Source: a virus. Taken from it: DNA of 64,000 nucleotides. The translations under genes were made by a program, and so were the position numbers. Below, piece after piece: positions 28,093-38,541 of this stretch (position 1 is the stretch's first letter; the number at the start of each line of letters is the position of its first letter). The stretch covers positions 16,260 to 80,259 of the IMG/VR virus record IMGVR_UViG_3300021185_003122; one strand, written 5' to 3'. Under the pieces are notes generated by a model. That model worked only from the letters and a program-made list of their open reading frames with translations. It was not told where the DNA came from and did not search any database.

Positions 28093-28942
28093 TACAAAAG
28101 TTATAGTAAGCAGTATCTTCTTTTAATTTACGAATAATTTCTCTGGCTTCAGGAATATCTCCTAACTTTATTGTAGTATTAGGATGGCACTTCTGTTGAG
28201 TATCTAATCCTTCGTACCCTATACATGGTATACCTAAGTAAGCACAGTTAAGAGCAAATGTTCCTGCTGCATGAGTTCTCATCAAATGAACTGCATACTT
28301 AAAGTTATTGAGTTCTTTAATCCATTCAACCCAATTCATATAAGGAAGCTGGGTAATGCCTAGTTGAGCTTCTCCTTCTTGTCTTCTACCCATCATAGGG
28401 GAGTAGATTGGTTCTTCTAATGCAGAAGCTACTACAAATGAATCAAACCCTCCATACCAACTAACAAAGTTACCTCCTATCATTACTCCTTTTCTGTCAA
28501 CTCTAGGTAAATCTTTTATAGAGTCTTCTATCATAAGAGTAGGAAGTATTCTAACATCAGGATGATCTGTAATACCTTTGTAATATTCTTTATCTATTTC
28601 ATTATGAGCAAATAATATATCAGCTTTTCTGATAGTATTGTAATACCAAATTTGTTCGACTAAAGTATAGTCCTGAAAGCACCATTGAGGTCCTTCTTGC
28701 ATTATAGCTATCTTATCTGCATATGTTCTCATCTTATCGAATGTATTGTTAGCCATCCAACTACTTACATTCTTCTTAGGTATAACACACAATGCTAAGT
28801 CATATTTCTCAGAAGGAGTATGAGTATAAGGAAAACAATCAGCTTCTAAAGCACAAGGCCATGCTTGCTCTGTTCTCATCATTTCAAAGTTTCTGGGTAT
28901 CTTACCCATCATACCCATCTCAGTTACATAACATATTCTCAT
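28007..28942 (-). CDS. putative GT-B glycosyltransferase
   Basis: C-terminal GTFALNCAYLGIPCIG; cluster context. Confidence 0.5.
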   Translation of the reverse strand: MRICYVTEMGMMGKIPRNFEMMRTEQAWPCALEADCFPYTHTPSEKYDLALCVIPKKNVSSWMANNTFDKMRTYADKIAIMQEGPQWCFQDYTLVEQIWYYNTIRKADILFAHNEIDKEYYKGITDHPDVRILPTLMIEDSIKDLPRVDRKGVMIGGNFVSWYGGFDSFVVASALEEPIYSPMMGRRQEGEAQLGITQLPYMNWVEWIKELNNFKYAVHLMRTHAAGTFALNCAYLGIPCIGYEGLDTQQKCHPNTTIKLGDIPEAREIIRKLKEDTAYYNFCSAAAKDNYKKYYHEDKYNTTWKEQFKVS

Positions 28943-29781
28943 AATGACTTAATATAATCTATAATATTATATGTTGGTTTATATCCTAAGACATCTTTTG
29001 ATGTTGATATATCAGCTAGACCTTTTGGTCTATCTCCTCTCCTAGCATCTATAAATTCGAAATGATGATCGAATGCTGCTGCTATTTCTAAAACGCTATA
29101 GTCTTCACCAGTTCCTAATTGAAACTCCTGGTTACATATATTGTCTCCTGCTAGTACTAATCCATTTACTATATCATCTACATGAGTAAAATCTCTTCTT
29201 TGAGTTCCGTCTCCTGTAATGGTAAGAGGTCTTCCTTCTTCTCTTTGTCTCTTAAAAATATTAATTACTGATTGCCATTCATTATCCCAAGTGTCAGTTT
29301 TAGGACCATACACATTATAGAAGTAACATATGTTATATCTAATATCATACCAGTCTCCATATCCTTGTGTTAGTTTAGCTATCATTGATTTGAAAAAAGC
29401 ATAAGGTGAATGCATCTCACCAGGGTATGATAATTTAGTAGATGATCCTGCATACACTATCGGTATATTATTCTTTCTTATAGCTTCTAATAACTTAAAG
29501 CTTCCTAATATGTTATAAGTAAAAGCAGTAGATATATCATCAAATGAAGGAACTACTTTTGAATACTCTCCTAGGTGATAAACTAAATCATAATCATCTT
29601 GTAATGCTTCTATCGATTGAATGGTCGATATAGGATGATAATTTGCTCCTTCTATATGATTCTCAACTTTACCTGCAGAGTAATTATCCCAGCTGGTTAC
29701 TTTATGTCCATCTTTTACTAATCTTTCTATTAGATTAGATCCAACTGCTCCAGCTCCTCCGGTGACTAATATTTTTTTCAT
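28939..29781 (-). CDS. NAD-dependent epimerase/dehydratase
   Basis: TGGAGAVG, YAFFK, GDGTQRRDFTHV. Confidence 0.9.
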   Translation of the reverse strand: MKKILVTGGAGAVGSNLIERLVKDGHKVTSWDNYSAGKVENHIEGANYHPISTIQSIEALQDDYDLVYHLGEYSKVVPSFDDISTAFTYNILGSFKLLEAIRKNNIPIVYAGSSTKLSYPGEMHSPYAFFKSMIAKLTQGYGDWYDIRYNICYFYNVYGPKTDTWDNEWQSVINIFKRQREEGRPLTITGDGTQRRDFTHVDDIVNGLVLAGDNICNQEFQLGTGEDYSVLEIAAAFDHHFEFIDARRGDRPKGLADISTSKDVLGYKPTYNIIDYIKSL

Positions 29782-29782
29782 C

Positions 29783-30634
29783 TTAAAAGTATTTTTTATC
29801 TCCGTTAGGAAATATGTATTTAGTATTTCTTATATGTGTTTCTTTAAAATTAGGATAAGGAGTAAGAATAGTATTCTCTTTTCCGTTTCCTAATACTGCA
29901 TCATTTATTCCGGCATGATAACCTAAATTAAATTTAGCATAATACTTTACTGCTAGTTGCTCTCTCAAAGACAATTTTAAATCAGCAAAGTTTGTTTTAT
30001 TTTTAAATAACTCTCCCCAATCAGTACCCTCTAAATCAAACTCACTATAGTAAAAGACTGGATAGTCTTTATACTTAGTAGCTTCATCATAAAGAAAGGT
30101 ATCAAATTCCCATCTACCTTTTAAGTTATTTATTCTACTACCAAAAAGTAAACACCCGTATACCTCACCATTAGTAATTTCATTTACTTTATCTATTTCC
30201 TCTTGAGTAAAGTACAATTTTGGAGTACAGTCTTCTTCTTTTAACTCTTCTGGAGTAAATCCAAATCTATGTAGTATCTTTTCAGCTAAAGGAACTTCGT
30301 TATCTAATTGAGCTCTAAAATGATCATTTACTCCTTCACCATTATATTCATCTACTAACTCTACATTAGGGTTATTATCATAAATTAAATTGATATAACT
30401 AGAAGGATCAAAGTCAGGACTATAAGACCAATTCATATAGTTTGGTGCAAGTGACTTTAATAACTTAGGAGAAGGAATTTTAAACTCTACTTCTGGGTAA
30501 TGTTTTTTAAGCACTTCAAATACTCCGCTAATGTTAGACCAATCGCCTATACTGTAGCTATGATATCTGGTAAAGAAAAATGTATCTTTAAGTTGATATC
30601 TTGGAGTATCTTTTTCGTACTTTATACCAATCAT
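29783..30634 (-). CDS. putative glycosyltransferase (GT9-like)
   Basis: IGD motif, NNPNV, PKLYF; cluster context. Confidence 0.45.
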   Translation of the reverse strand: MIGIKYEKDTPRYQLKDTFFFTRYHSYSIGDWSNISGVFEVLKKHYPEVEFKIPSPKLLKSLAPNYMNWSYSPDFDPSSYINLIYDNNPNVELVDEYNGEGVNDHFRAQLDNEVPLAEKILHRFGFTPEELKEEDCTPKLYFTQEEIDKVNEITNGEVYGCLLFGSRINNLKGRWEFDTFLYDEATKYKDYPVFYYSEFDLEGTDWGELFKNKTNFADLKLSLREQLAVKYYAKFNLGYHAGINDAVLGNGKENTILTPYPNFKETHIRNTKYIFPNGDKKYF

Positions 30635-31743
30635 TAACCTTCATATTTGTTTACTACGTCAACAATCTTATTTCTATCTTCTTCTGTTACCCACCATCCA
30701 CAAGGAATGTTAATCATCTTTCTACTAAACTCATCTAATCCTGGTTGAGGTCTTCTATAGTTCTTAAAGACAGAGTACTCATCATTTCTAACATGTGCAA
30801 CGTCTGATGCTATATCATTAGCTTTAAGATAATCTTGAAACTTTCTTTTATCTTCTACTAAAATAGAATAAAGCCAGTAACTAGATGTTCCATTAGATAC
30901 TCTTCTAGGAATAACAACGTTAGGGTTAGAAATATTTTCATCATAGAACTTACCATTGTTAACATGTCCATCAATAACATTATCAATGTACTTTAAATTC
31001 TCTATTCCAATAGCTGCATTGACATTATTCATATGAAACTTATAACCAGATTCAGTTATATCTTGTTCCCATCTAGATGCTGGTGCTTCACCAGGAGGTG
31101 ATTTGTAATGTCTATCTAATCCAAACCATCTTAATTTTCTAGCTCTTTCAGCATCTGCTTCTGACTTACATGCAATTGCTCCTCCATCTACACATGTAAG
31201 ATGTTTGACTGCTTGAAAAGAAAAGCATACATAATCACTATGACTACCAATTCTTATATCTTTGTAAGTAGACCTTAATGCATGAGCTGCATCTTCAATA
31301 GTTTTGATACCATTAGCTTGAGCAAGATTATTTATTTCATCTAACTCACATGGCTGACCTGCCCAATGGACCATCATGATTGCTTTAGTATTGTCATCTA
31401 TCAACTCTTTGATAGAATTAACATCTATGTTTCCAGTATCAGGCTCTACATCAGCAAATCTAATCTCTACTCCCATATTATGAAATGGTTCATTAGTTGC
31501 CATACAAGTCATAGCTGTTGATATAACATTATCGCCTGGTTTAAAGTCACACATATGAGCTGCAAGAGTAAGAGCTGATGTTCCGCTATTAACTAATCTT
31601 ACGTTAGGGTTACCAATATACTCTCCAAATTGTTTTTCAAATTCATCAGAGTATTCTCCTTCGGTTAAGAAACCTGTGTCAAATACTTTCTGTACTACCT
31701 CCCCTATATTAGGAGGAGTATGTACTTTCATTAGTGGTATCAT
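30634..31743 (-). CDS. DegT/DnrJ/EryC1/StrS aminotransferase
   Basis: NSGTSAL, EDAAHA, SFQAVKHL. Confidence 0.92.
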   Translation of the reverse strand: MIPLMKVHTPPNIGEVVQKVFDTGFLTEGEYSDEFEKQFGEYIGNPNVRLVNSGTSALTLAAHMCDFKPGDNVISTAMTCMATNEPFHNMGVEIRFADVEPDTGNIDVNSIKELIDDNTKAIMMVHWAGQPCELDEINNLAQANGIKTIEDAAHALRSTYKDIRIGSHSDYVCFSFQAVKHLTCVDGGAIACKSEADAERARKLRWFGLDRHYKSPPGEAPASRWEQDITESGYKFHMNNVNAAIGIENLKYIDNVIDGHVNNGKFYDENISNPNVVIPRRVSNGTSSYWLYSILVEDKRKFQDYLKANDIASDVAHVRNDEYSVFKNYRRPQPGLDEFSRKMINIPCGWWVTEEDRNKIVDVVNKYEG

Positions 31744-32738
31744 TAATATTCGTATTTAGAGTTAACATTTAAAAAGTATTCTAACATTCTAATAATTCCA
31801 GTCTTAAAGTCAACTGTTGGAATTATATTTGTTTGAGCTACTACTTTATCTATATTAGGACATCTTCTTAATGGTTCATCAGAAGGATAGTCATCAGGGT
31901 ACGAAATAAGATCATAGTTAGGTTCTACACCTAATGATTCGTAAAACTTATCAGCTAACTCAATCATATTTAATTCAGGAGATGGATTCCCTACATTATA
32001 AATCTCACCATCTTTACCAGATAGAAGCAACTGAGTAATCATCGCTATACCATCACCAGCATAACAGAATGTTCTAGTCTGTTTACCATCTCCGTATATT
32101 TTAATTTTTTCTTGACGTAAATGAGCTCTCATCCAATTTGATAAAACTCTATTGTCATTGATTCCCATATAGGTTCCATAGAAGTTAAATGGTCTTACTA
32201 CCTTTACCGGTACATTATATTCGTTGTAATAAATGTTACATAATGTCTCTAGTACTTGTTTTCCTATATCATAACAACTTCTATTACTCATTGTAGGAAT
32301 AGCTCCTATGTAAGTCTCTTTAGTAGGAATAGCTCTAGGGTCTGGAGTACCATAAACCTCACTAGAACTAAACATAATAACTGATTCAACGTTTTTCTCT
32401 CTAACATAATCAAGTACGTTACGAGTACCTATGTACGATATATCCATCGTAAGTACAGGCTGCTTCATATACTTCTCAGGGCTAGCTATACCTGCACAGT
32501 TAATAACATAATCATATCTAGGAAGACTCATCAAAGCCTCTTTATTATTTATGTCATGTTCTGGATTAATTGAAGGATCGAAAGCTAAGTACTCTACTTT
32601 CAAATGTTCGAATAAGTCTACAAACCAATTTCCTAAGAAACCATTTGAACCTATTAGTAAAACTGTTTTATTTTTAAATTGATCTACATCTACTCTTGAA
32701 GTAATACTATTTAGATCTTGTTCATTTACGTAATTCAT
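31743..32738 (-). CDS. UDP-glucuronate decarboxylase-like SDR enzyme
   Basis: GSNGFLG, SSSEVYG, RSCYDIGK, GDGKQTRTFCY. Confidence 0.85.
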   Translation of the reverse strand: MNYVNEQDLNSITSRVDVDQFKNKTVLLIGSNGFLGNWFVDLFEHLKVEYLAFDPSINPEHDINNKEALMSLPRYDYVINCAGIASPEKYMKQPVLTMDISYIGTRNVLDYVREKNVESVIMFSSSEVYGTPDPRAIPTKETYIGAIPTMSNRSCYDIGKQVLETLCNIYYNEYNVPVKVVRPFNFYGTYMGINDNRVLSNWMRAHLRQEKIKIYGDGKQTRTFCYAGDGIAMITQLLLSGKDGEIYNVGNPSPELNMIELADKFYESLGVEPNYDLISYPDDYPSDEPLRRCPNIDKVVAQTNIIPTVDFKTGIIRMLEYFLNVNSKYEY

Positions 32739-33177
32739 AATCTAGTTGCATTATTATACTATTGCCGTTATCTGTAATATAGGAACTATTTAGAATAAAT
32801 CCTAATTTTTTATATAGAGAGTATGCAATTAAATTATGCTCCATAACCTCTAATTTAAATACTTTTATACCGTACTCTTCATTTAAGTACTTCATAAACT
32901 CTTCATAAGCAGGAACAGATAGTTTTTTACCTCTATAGTCTTTATGTATATCTAATCCTATATAACAAGAGTCCTCTGTCCAGTTAGAAGTTCTAAAATA
33001 ACCTATCGGTTTATTTTCTAGTTGATATATAAAAAAGGGATTGTTATTATTCTCAAACCATTTATAACTTTCCTGCAGAGTATATGTCTGAGGGTTATGT
33101 AACATTTGATGACATTCATTCCTTACTGTGTTGAAGAATGGAATATCTGTAACAGTTAACTTTCTTATATTATTCAC
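32722..33177 (-). CDS. GNAT acetyltransferase
   Basis: YRGKK...N..A..LYKKLGF. Confidence 0.8.
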   Translation of the reverse strand: MNNIRKLTVTDIPFFNTVRNECHQMLHNPQTYTLQESYKWFENNNNPFFIYQLENKPIGYFRTSNWTEDSCYIGLDIHKDYRGKKLSVPAYEEFMKYLNEEYGIKVFKLEVMEHNLIAYSLYKKLGFILNSSYITDNGNSIIMQLDYELRK

Positions 33178-33985
33178 TTACCGCTCTACTACCAATTTCG
33201 TTCCAATCAGCTTCAGGTCTAACCTCTAAATTAGTCTTCCATGCTGCTTTTAATACATGCATGTCTACATTTTGCTTATCTGCTAATGACATAAAAGCAT
33301 TGATATCTTTTGGAAAACAAGCACCACCAAATCCCATCTTGCCGTCTGGTCCTGGTACTTGCATATGGCTATCGCCTACTCTACCATCTGCTGCAAACCC
33401 ATGCATGGCCGTTCTCCAATCGATGCCCATAGTATCTGCTAACCTCTTATACTCATTAAGCAGCGATACTTTCGTGGCAAAGAAACAGTTGTTCATGTAC
33501 TTAATGAACTCTGCTGTGGTAGAATCTGTATGAATAAAATGTCTATTCATAAATCTACCCTCATATAATTTTTGTACTTTATCAGTTAATTCTTTATCAC
33601 CACCAAATATAATTCTTGCCTGCATCATCATATCTAACTTAGCTATTCTCTCAGTAAGGAACTCAGGACTAAATACTATATTTAGTTCTGGATATTTCTC
33701 TTGTAGAGACGCTGTAGTACCTGGTAGTACCGTTGATTTAATAATGTATATAGGGCCTTTCCTTGCATGTGTAAAGACTGAGTCTATATATTTTGTATCC
33801 TGTGTACCGTCCTTAAACATAGGAGTAGGCACTGCTACAAATATAAAGTCTGCTGTATGTACTTCTTCTAAAGTGTTGAATGATCTCTTAGGATCTGTGT
33901 CGTAAATTAAAACTTTGTTTGATAAAGAGAATGCAAATGCTTGTGCTTCTCCAACAAAACCATTACCAATAATACCTACTTTCAT
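33170..33985 (-). CDS. ugd: UDP-glucose/GDP-mannose dehydrogenase family protein
   Basis: GNGFVG, KSTVLPG, PEFL, GFGGACFPKD. Confidence 0.85.
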   Translation of the reverse strand: MKVGIIGNGFVGEAQAFAFSLSNKVLIYDTDPKRSFNTLEEVHTADFIFVAVPTPMFKDGTQDTKYIDSVFTHARKGPIYIIKSTVLPGTTASLQEKYPELNIVFSPEFLTERIAKLDMMMQARIIFGGDKELTDKVQKLYEGRFMNRHFIHTDSTTAEFIKYMNNCFFATKVSLLNEYKRLADTMGIDWRTAMHGFAADGRVGDSHMQVPGPDGKMGFGGACFPKDINAFMSLADKQNVDMHVLKAAWKTNLEVRPEADWNEIGSRAVSE

Positions 33986-34512
33986 TAAAACATATCTGAT
34001 TTAGTTCGTGTAACTTTCTTCTTTTCTACTTTAGTAAAGAAGGTTCTTCTTATAATATAAGAAATATTTTCTAATTTAAATACAGATGCATCAGTTTTAA
34101 TTTGATTTATATACTGATCAATTGCATCGTTGTAATCTCTAATTATAATAACTCCACCTTTAGACATTCTAGGTAATAATGTCTTTACACCTTCATAGTT
34201 ATTATCTCCCAAATCTAACTGGGCTAATCCTATTGCTGGTAATGATAGAGGAGAGCTTCCTAATCGGTGTTTGATATAATCTCCTTTCTTATCTAATCTA
34301 TTTATAGACTCATTACATAAATCTTGAGCTTTCTGCCATATACCTTGATTGCCTCCTTCAAAAAGATCTACATAGATACTATCTCTTCTTTTAATTTCTT
34401 CAGATAACATTAGTTTGAATATCTCCCTAGCATCTCTACCAGTTCCAAATCCTAGGTCAACAAATATTCCATCAATGTTATCAGCCAGTTGGGCAATCTC
34501 TACTAGTTTCAT
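33985..34512 (-). CDS. TylF-like methyltransferase-fold protein
   Basis: FVDLGFGTG...GGVIIIRDY. Confidence 0.5.
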   Translation of the reverse strand: MKLVEIAQLADNIDGIFVDLGFGTGRDAREIFKLMLSEEIKRRDSIYVDLFEGGNQGIWQKAQDLCNESINRLDKKGDYIKHRLGSSPLSLPAIGLAQLDLGDNNYEGVKTLLPRMSKGGVIIIRDYNDAIDQYINQIKTDASVFKLENISYIIRRTFFTKVEKKKVTRTKSDMF

Positions 34513-34524
34513 GTATATAAATAG

Positions 34525-35154
34525 TTACGTTAAAGTATCGTAATAAGCATTTTGTTTCTCCTGTTTATCTATTTCTTTTGGATGGTAAAGAGATAGTTCT
34601 TCTTTAGCAGGTAATGGTGCATAAGTCTTAAAGCCGTCTAATACTTCATGGACTTTATTCTTCCATCTAATCTCTGGTTTGTTTTTCCAAATACGCCATT
34701 GATAGTCTGGATAGTTAACCCATCCTTTATCATCTACTTTCCAACCCCATTTAGTTATATGCTCTTCAGTTAAACCTTCTACTGTATTAACTCTAGGAAT
34801 TAAATAAACATCATTGTCAGGATTAGATTCTAGTATTATAGGTAGAGCTGTAAGAAGAGATTTATGAGGAAATTCATCTGCATCTATTTGAAAGATATAA
34901 TCACCATTGCAGTAATCAGTAAGCTGATTTTTCCAGTTAGCAAAATGACCATTGAAGTCTAAGCCTCTCCAAAACTGTATGTTTGGGTACTTATTTTGTT
35001 TCGTAAGCCAGGCAGCTATTTCTTCACTACCGTTTTTTTGATCATACAAGATAACTATTTCATCCTGCTGTCTTTTGTTCTTTCTTAAAAGTTCAACAAG
35101 CTTCTGAATTTCTACGAATTCATTACATACTGTTATTGCATAACTAATTACCAT
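34525..35154 (-). CDS. GT2 glycosyltransferase
   Basis: ISYAITVCNE, IDADE, VHE. Confidence 0.85.
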   Translation of the reverse strand: MVISYAITVCNEFVEIQKLVELLRKNKRQQDEIVILYDQKNGSEEIAAWLTKQNKYPNIQFWRGLDFNGHFANWKNQLTDYCNGDYIFQIDADEFPHKSLLTALPIILESNPDNDVYLIPRVNTVEGLTEEHITKWGWKVDDKGWVNYPDYQWRIWKNKPEIRWKNKVHEVLDGFKTYAPLPAKEELSLYHPKEIDKQEKQNAYYDTLT

Positions 35155-35605
35155 AGAAATCTATAACCTCTAATGCATCCATAAAGTCTTTTGGAGCAAA
35201 CTTCTTAGCTTGCTTAACATCCATTTTAAATGTTTGACCCTCTGGGAATTTACCTGATTTAATTTCTTCTTCAGTTAACGGAATAGCTTTAACTGCAGAC
35301 CATTGCCAGTCTTTAGTAGATGTTCCATCAACAAACACCATTCCTTTTTCTGGAAGAGTGATAGTAGCAGGAAACCATATTCTGCCTTCCTTATCTTTAT
35401 GCATTAAGTCTTTATATAGTTCAGGAGATGTTTCTAATAAGTCTTGTACTGGTTTAGAACCTTCTGTCATAAGTGTAGAAGTTGTATAACCACTACCAAA
35501 ACATAACCATGTTTTTATCTCTTGATTGTCTTGATTGAAGGTCTGTTCATAACAAGCATTGCTACCGAAAGGACCTTCTACTAATTGATCTTTTTCTAAT
35601 TTCAT
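35144..35605 (-). CDS. hypothetical protein
   Basis: 153-aa ORF in operon. Confidence 0.7.
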   Translation of the reverse strand: MKLEKDQLVEGPFGSNACYEQTFNQDNQEIKTWLCFGSGYTTSTLMTEGSKPVQDLLETSPELYKDLMHKDKEGRIWFPATITLPEKGMVFVDGTSTKDWQWSAVKAIPLTEEEIKSGKFPEGQTFKMDVKQAKKFAPKDFMDALEVIDFYGN

Positions 35606-36873
35606 ACCTTTGTAAGTTTAGGAAGTTCTAGTTCAGGCATTTTTAATTCTACCTTAACTGCAAATTCTGGTACGTACTTATCATTGTAACCTTTAAGTAT
35701 CTCTACCATTTTTTCAAACGAAAAGTTTTTCTTATTTACGTTCTTTAATTGTTTAGCAGGTCTAACATAATCTTTATACTTCTTAAATACTTCTGTTAGT
35801 GCTTTACCAACTTGAGCATCGTCAGGAGTAAACCATTTAGACTGTTCAAGTATCATATCTTTTACTGCTGCTGATTTATCTACATTAGTTAACGAACCTC
35901 CTATTAGTACTGCTTTGTCTTTATCTAAAAAGTCTACCTGACCAGACCATGCTGATGCTATAATAGGTTTACCTGTTAAGCTAAACTCTAGTAACGGTCT
36001 ACCAAATCCTTCTCCTTTTGTAAAGCTAATCATAGCTTTTACTTTAGGATTATTGTATAACTGATTAATTTGTTCGTCAGTTAATTCTCCTGTTACTAGG
36101 TAGATGTTAGGTAACTTACCTTTAACTGTCTTTCTAATGCCATCTATCTTATCTAGTATGCGTTCCTTATCTAATAAAGATGAACCTACCTGTTGTGTTT
36201 TAAGAATAAGTCCAGGAGCCTTTTGTTTGTTCTTAAACGTTTCTAGGAATGCCTTTATCATATAGCCTACATTCTTTCTATCCTGTCCCATATTACCTTG
36301 CATCCAGTGTCCAACAAATAGATAATTAAAGCTTTCTTCTACTGATGATAAATCAAATGCAGTTGTAGATTCAGCAAAGTATTTAGTTAAATCTGCTCCT
36401 TCTAATAGTATTTCTATTGGCTTATCTAACGTTATAGTCTTTACTACCTTATCAGAGTTATTTTCTTTCATTTCATATCGTGTACCTTTAAACACATCTA
36501 ATGAATGTTTAGAAGAGGTTAGAATAAGATCCATTCTATTACAACCTTCCAACCAAGTCTGGTGTACTAATGTTGATTCCATTCCAGCTGTAACACCTAT
36601 GTTATAATTACCAACGGCTTGGAATTCATTAGGTACAGTAATCTGTATCCACAAATCAGGCTTCTTTGGTAGTTGAGGTATAATTGTGCTTGATAGTAAA
36701 TCCTCTTTATGGTCAGCTAAATAACCAAATCTAGTATTACCCCATCTCTGTGATAAAGTCTTTACTTCGTATTTATCTAATGCTATGAGAGCTTTAACGA
36801 AATCTCTTGCTCTTGCTCCATAACCGGAATATGTATCTAAAGGGCAGCTTACAACTGCTAATGGTTTGTTCAT
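35602..36873 (-). CDS. GT4 glycosyltransferase
   Basis: SGYG, RKN, EGFGRPLLE. Confidence 0.85.
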   Translation of the reverse strand: MNKPLAVVSCPLDTYSGYGARARDFVKALIALDKYEVKTLSQRWGNTRFGYLADHKEDLLSSTIIPQLPKKPDLWIQITVPNEFQAVGNYNIGVTAGMESTLVHQTWLEGCNRMDLILTSSKHSLDVFKGTRYEMKENNSDKVVKTITLDKPIEILLEGADLTKYFAESTTAFDLSSVEESFNYLFVGHWMQGNMGQDRKNVGYMIKAFLETFKNKQKAPGLILKTQQVGSSLLDKERILDKIDGIRKTVKGKLPNIYLVTGELTDEQINQLYNNPKVKAMISFTKGEGFGRPLLEFSLTGKPIIASAWSGQVDFLDKDKAVLIGGSLTNVDKSAAVKDMILEQSKWFTPDDAQVGKALTEVFKKYKDYVRPAKQLKNVNKKNFSFEKMVEILKGYNDKYVPEFAVKVELKMPELELPKLTKV

Positions 36874-36874
36874 T

Positions 36875-38317
36875 TTAATAACCTATTAATTTATGTTTAA
36901 CTCGTTTTGAAGGTCTAGGTCCTATCTTTTCTATTTCATAGATTGGTCTTGGAACAAAGTTATCAAAACCTTTCTCAACAGACTCTATAATCCTTTTACA
37001 CATGTAGGGTGAAGACATATTAGATTCGTCTGAAAGAACCCATTCATGTCCTTTACTACCTCTTCTGTCTCTTTCTTCTGGACCTAAATCATATATAGTT
37101 TTTATAGCATCAGCTACATCTTCAGGTTTACATCTATCGTCAAATATGTATGGAGTTAATGGTGAACCCATCATTGACATATTAGATGGAAATACTGGTA
37201 CTGCCCACTCACCATGCTCTTTATATGTACCCCTATGGTTAGATGGTATATCAGCTGAAGGTGTAAACCATTCGCCGTTATCATCTAAGAATTTAACCTG
37301 ATCTTGCATACCTCCTGTTACGTTAGGTATAATCATAGTACCAGTCATCATAGCTTCTGTTAGCGAAAGTCCCCATCCTTCATTAGACGACATAAGAACA
37401 TTTACATCTGCTATGTTATATAGTAAGTTCATTTGCTCTGGTGAAAGCTTTTCAGTATTAAAGAATACATTTACATATTCAGGATCACAGAATGTATCTT
37501 TTATAGCTTTCAAATCAGTTCCGTGTTGAGATGATATCTCAGTTTTCATAACTAAAGCACACTTCTTTGCTTTTTCTTTACCTATCATCTCACAGAATTG
37601 AGTATAAGCTAATACAACGTCTCCAGGATGTTTACGTTGGATGTTTCTTGAGTTAAAGAATACTACATACTCTATATCTCTTCCGTTAAACATACTCTTT
37701 TTAAACTCTTGAAGTTTCTCAAAGTGAGGGTTATCTTTTTTAATTGGAAAGAAGTACTTAGGGTTTATACCATGAGGAACATATTCTAATACTTTATTCT
37801 TTGCATCATCACCTAATACTAATTCATTAATTAGTTTAGTCTGTTTAGAGATAGCCATTAAAGTATCTACTGAGTTATAATAATGTTTGTTGTACATAGG
37901 AGCAGGAAACTCATCCCATATGTTTAACCACATGATTGGAATTTTGCTTCTTATCTCTCTTTCTATATCAAATAACCAAATCCAATATCTAGGATCAGTA
38001 AAAATAAAAATAGCATCAGGTTTCTGCTGCTTTATCAACGTTCTAATAGCTGTAGCATCTCCATATCCATTGCTTGGCATGACCATAACACTAGCGTCTG
38101 GAGTACCAATAGTTTTATCTACATCAGCAGATATGTCAAATACTTTTCCTACTTCAGGATGCTTCAATGCTGCTCCTAAATTAAACCAATTGAACCTATG
38201 AGAGGTTCCTACAACTATTTCTCTAGCCATAGTTGCTACTCCGGAATGCATTCGTATATCATCACAGAGAAGTAATATTTTTTTCCTTTCTGCTTTTGGA
38301 ATATAACCTTCTATCAT
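36875..38317 (-). CDS. GT4 glycosyltransferase
   Basis: VPHG, RK, EGWGLSLTEA. Confidence 0.85.
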   Translation of the reverse strand: MIEGYIPKAERKKILLLCDDIRMHSGVATMAREIVVGTSHRFNWFNLGAALKHPEVGKVFDISADVDKTIGTPDASVMVMPSNGYGDATAIRTLIKQQKPDAIFIFTDPRYWIWLFDIEREIRSKIPIMWLNIWDEFPAPMYNKHYYNSVDTLMAISKQTKLINELVLGDDAKNKVLEYVPHGINPKYFFPIKKDNPHFEKLQEFKKSMFNGRDIEYVVFFNSRNIQRKHPGDVVLAYTQFCEMIGKEKAKKCALVMKTEISSQHGTDLKAIKDTFCDPEYVNVFFNTEKLSPEQMNLLYNIADVNVLMSSNEGWGLSLTEAMMTGTMIIPNVTGGMQDQVKFLDDNGEWFTPSADIPSNHRGTYKEHGEWAVPVFPSNMSMMGSPLTPYIFDDRCKPEDVADAIKTIYDLGPEERDRRGSKGHEWVLSDESNMSSPYMCKRIIESVEKGFDNFVPRPIYEIEKIGPRPSKRVKHKLIGY

Positions 38318-38502
38318 TATTTTAATTTAACGTTGTTAATTTTGTGTACTAATTCTTTAAAGTCCTTATCAGTAAGATACAAATAAATTGCACGATCTGC
38401 AAGCTTTTTAAAAGAAAAATTATCTTCCAAGCAGGCCATTTTAAATTTGTCGAAAAGGGGTTGTGTAATTTTTACCGAGGTTAGTTTCTCTTCTTTTGTC
38501 AT
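38317..38502 (-). CDS. small ribbon-helix-helix-like DNA-binding protein
   Basis: LTSVKI strand followed by two helices. Confidence 0.5.
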   Translation of the reverse strand: MTKEEKLTSVKITQPLFDKFKMACLEDNFSFKKLADRAIYLYLTDKDFKELVHKINNVKLK

Positions 38503-38541
38503 AACTTATAATTAATATATCTATATATAAATATATATGTT

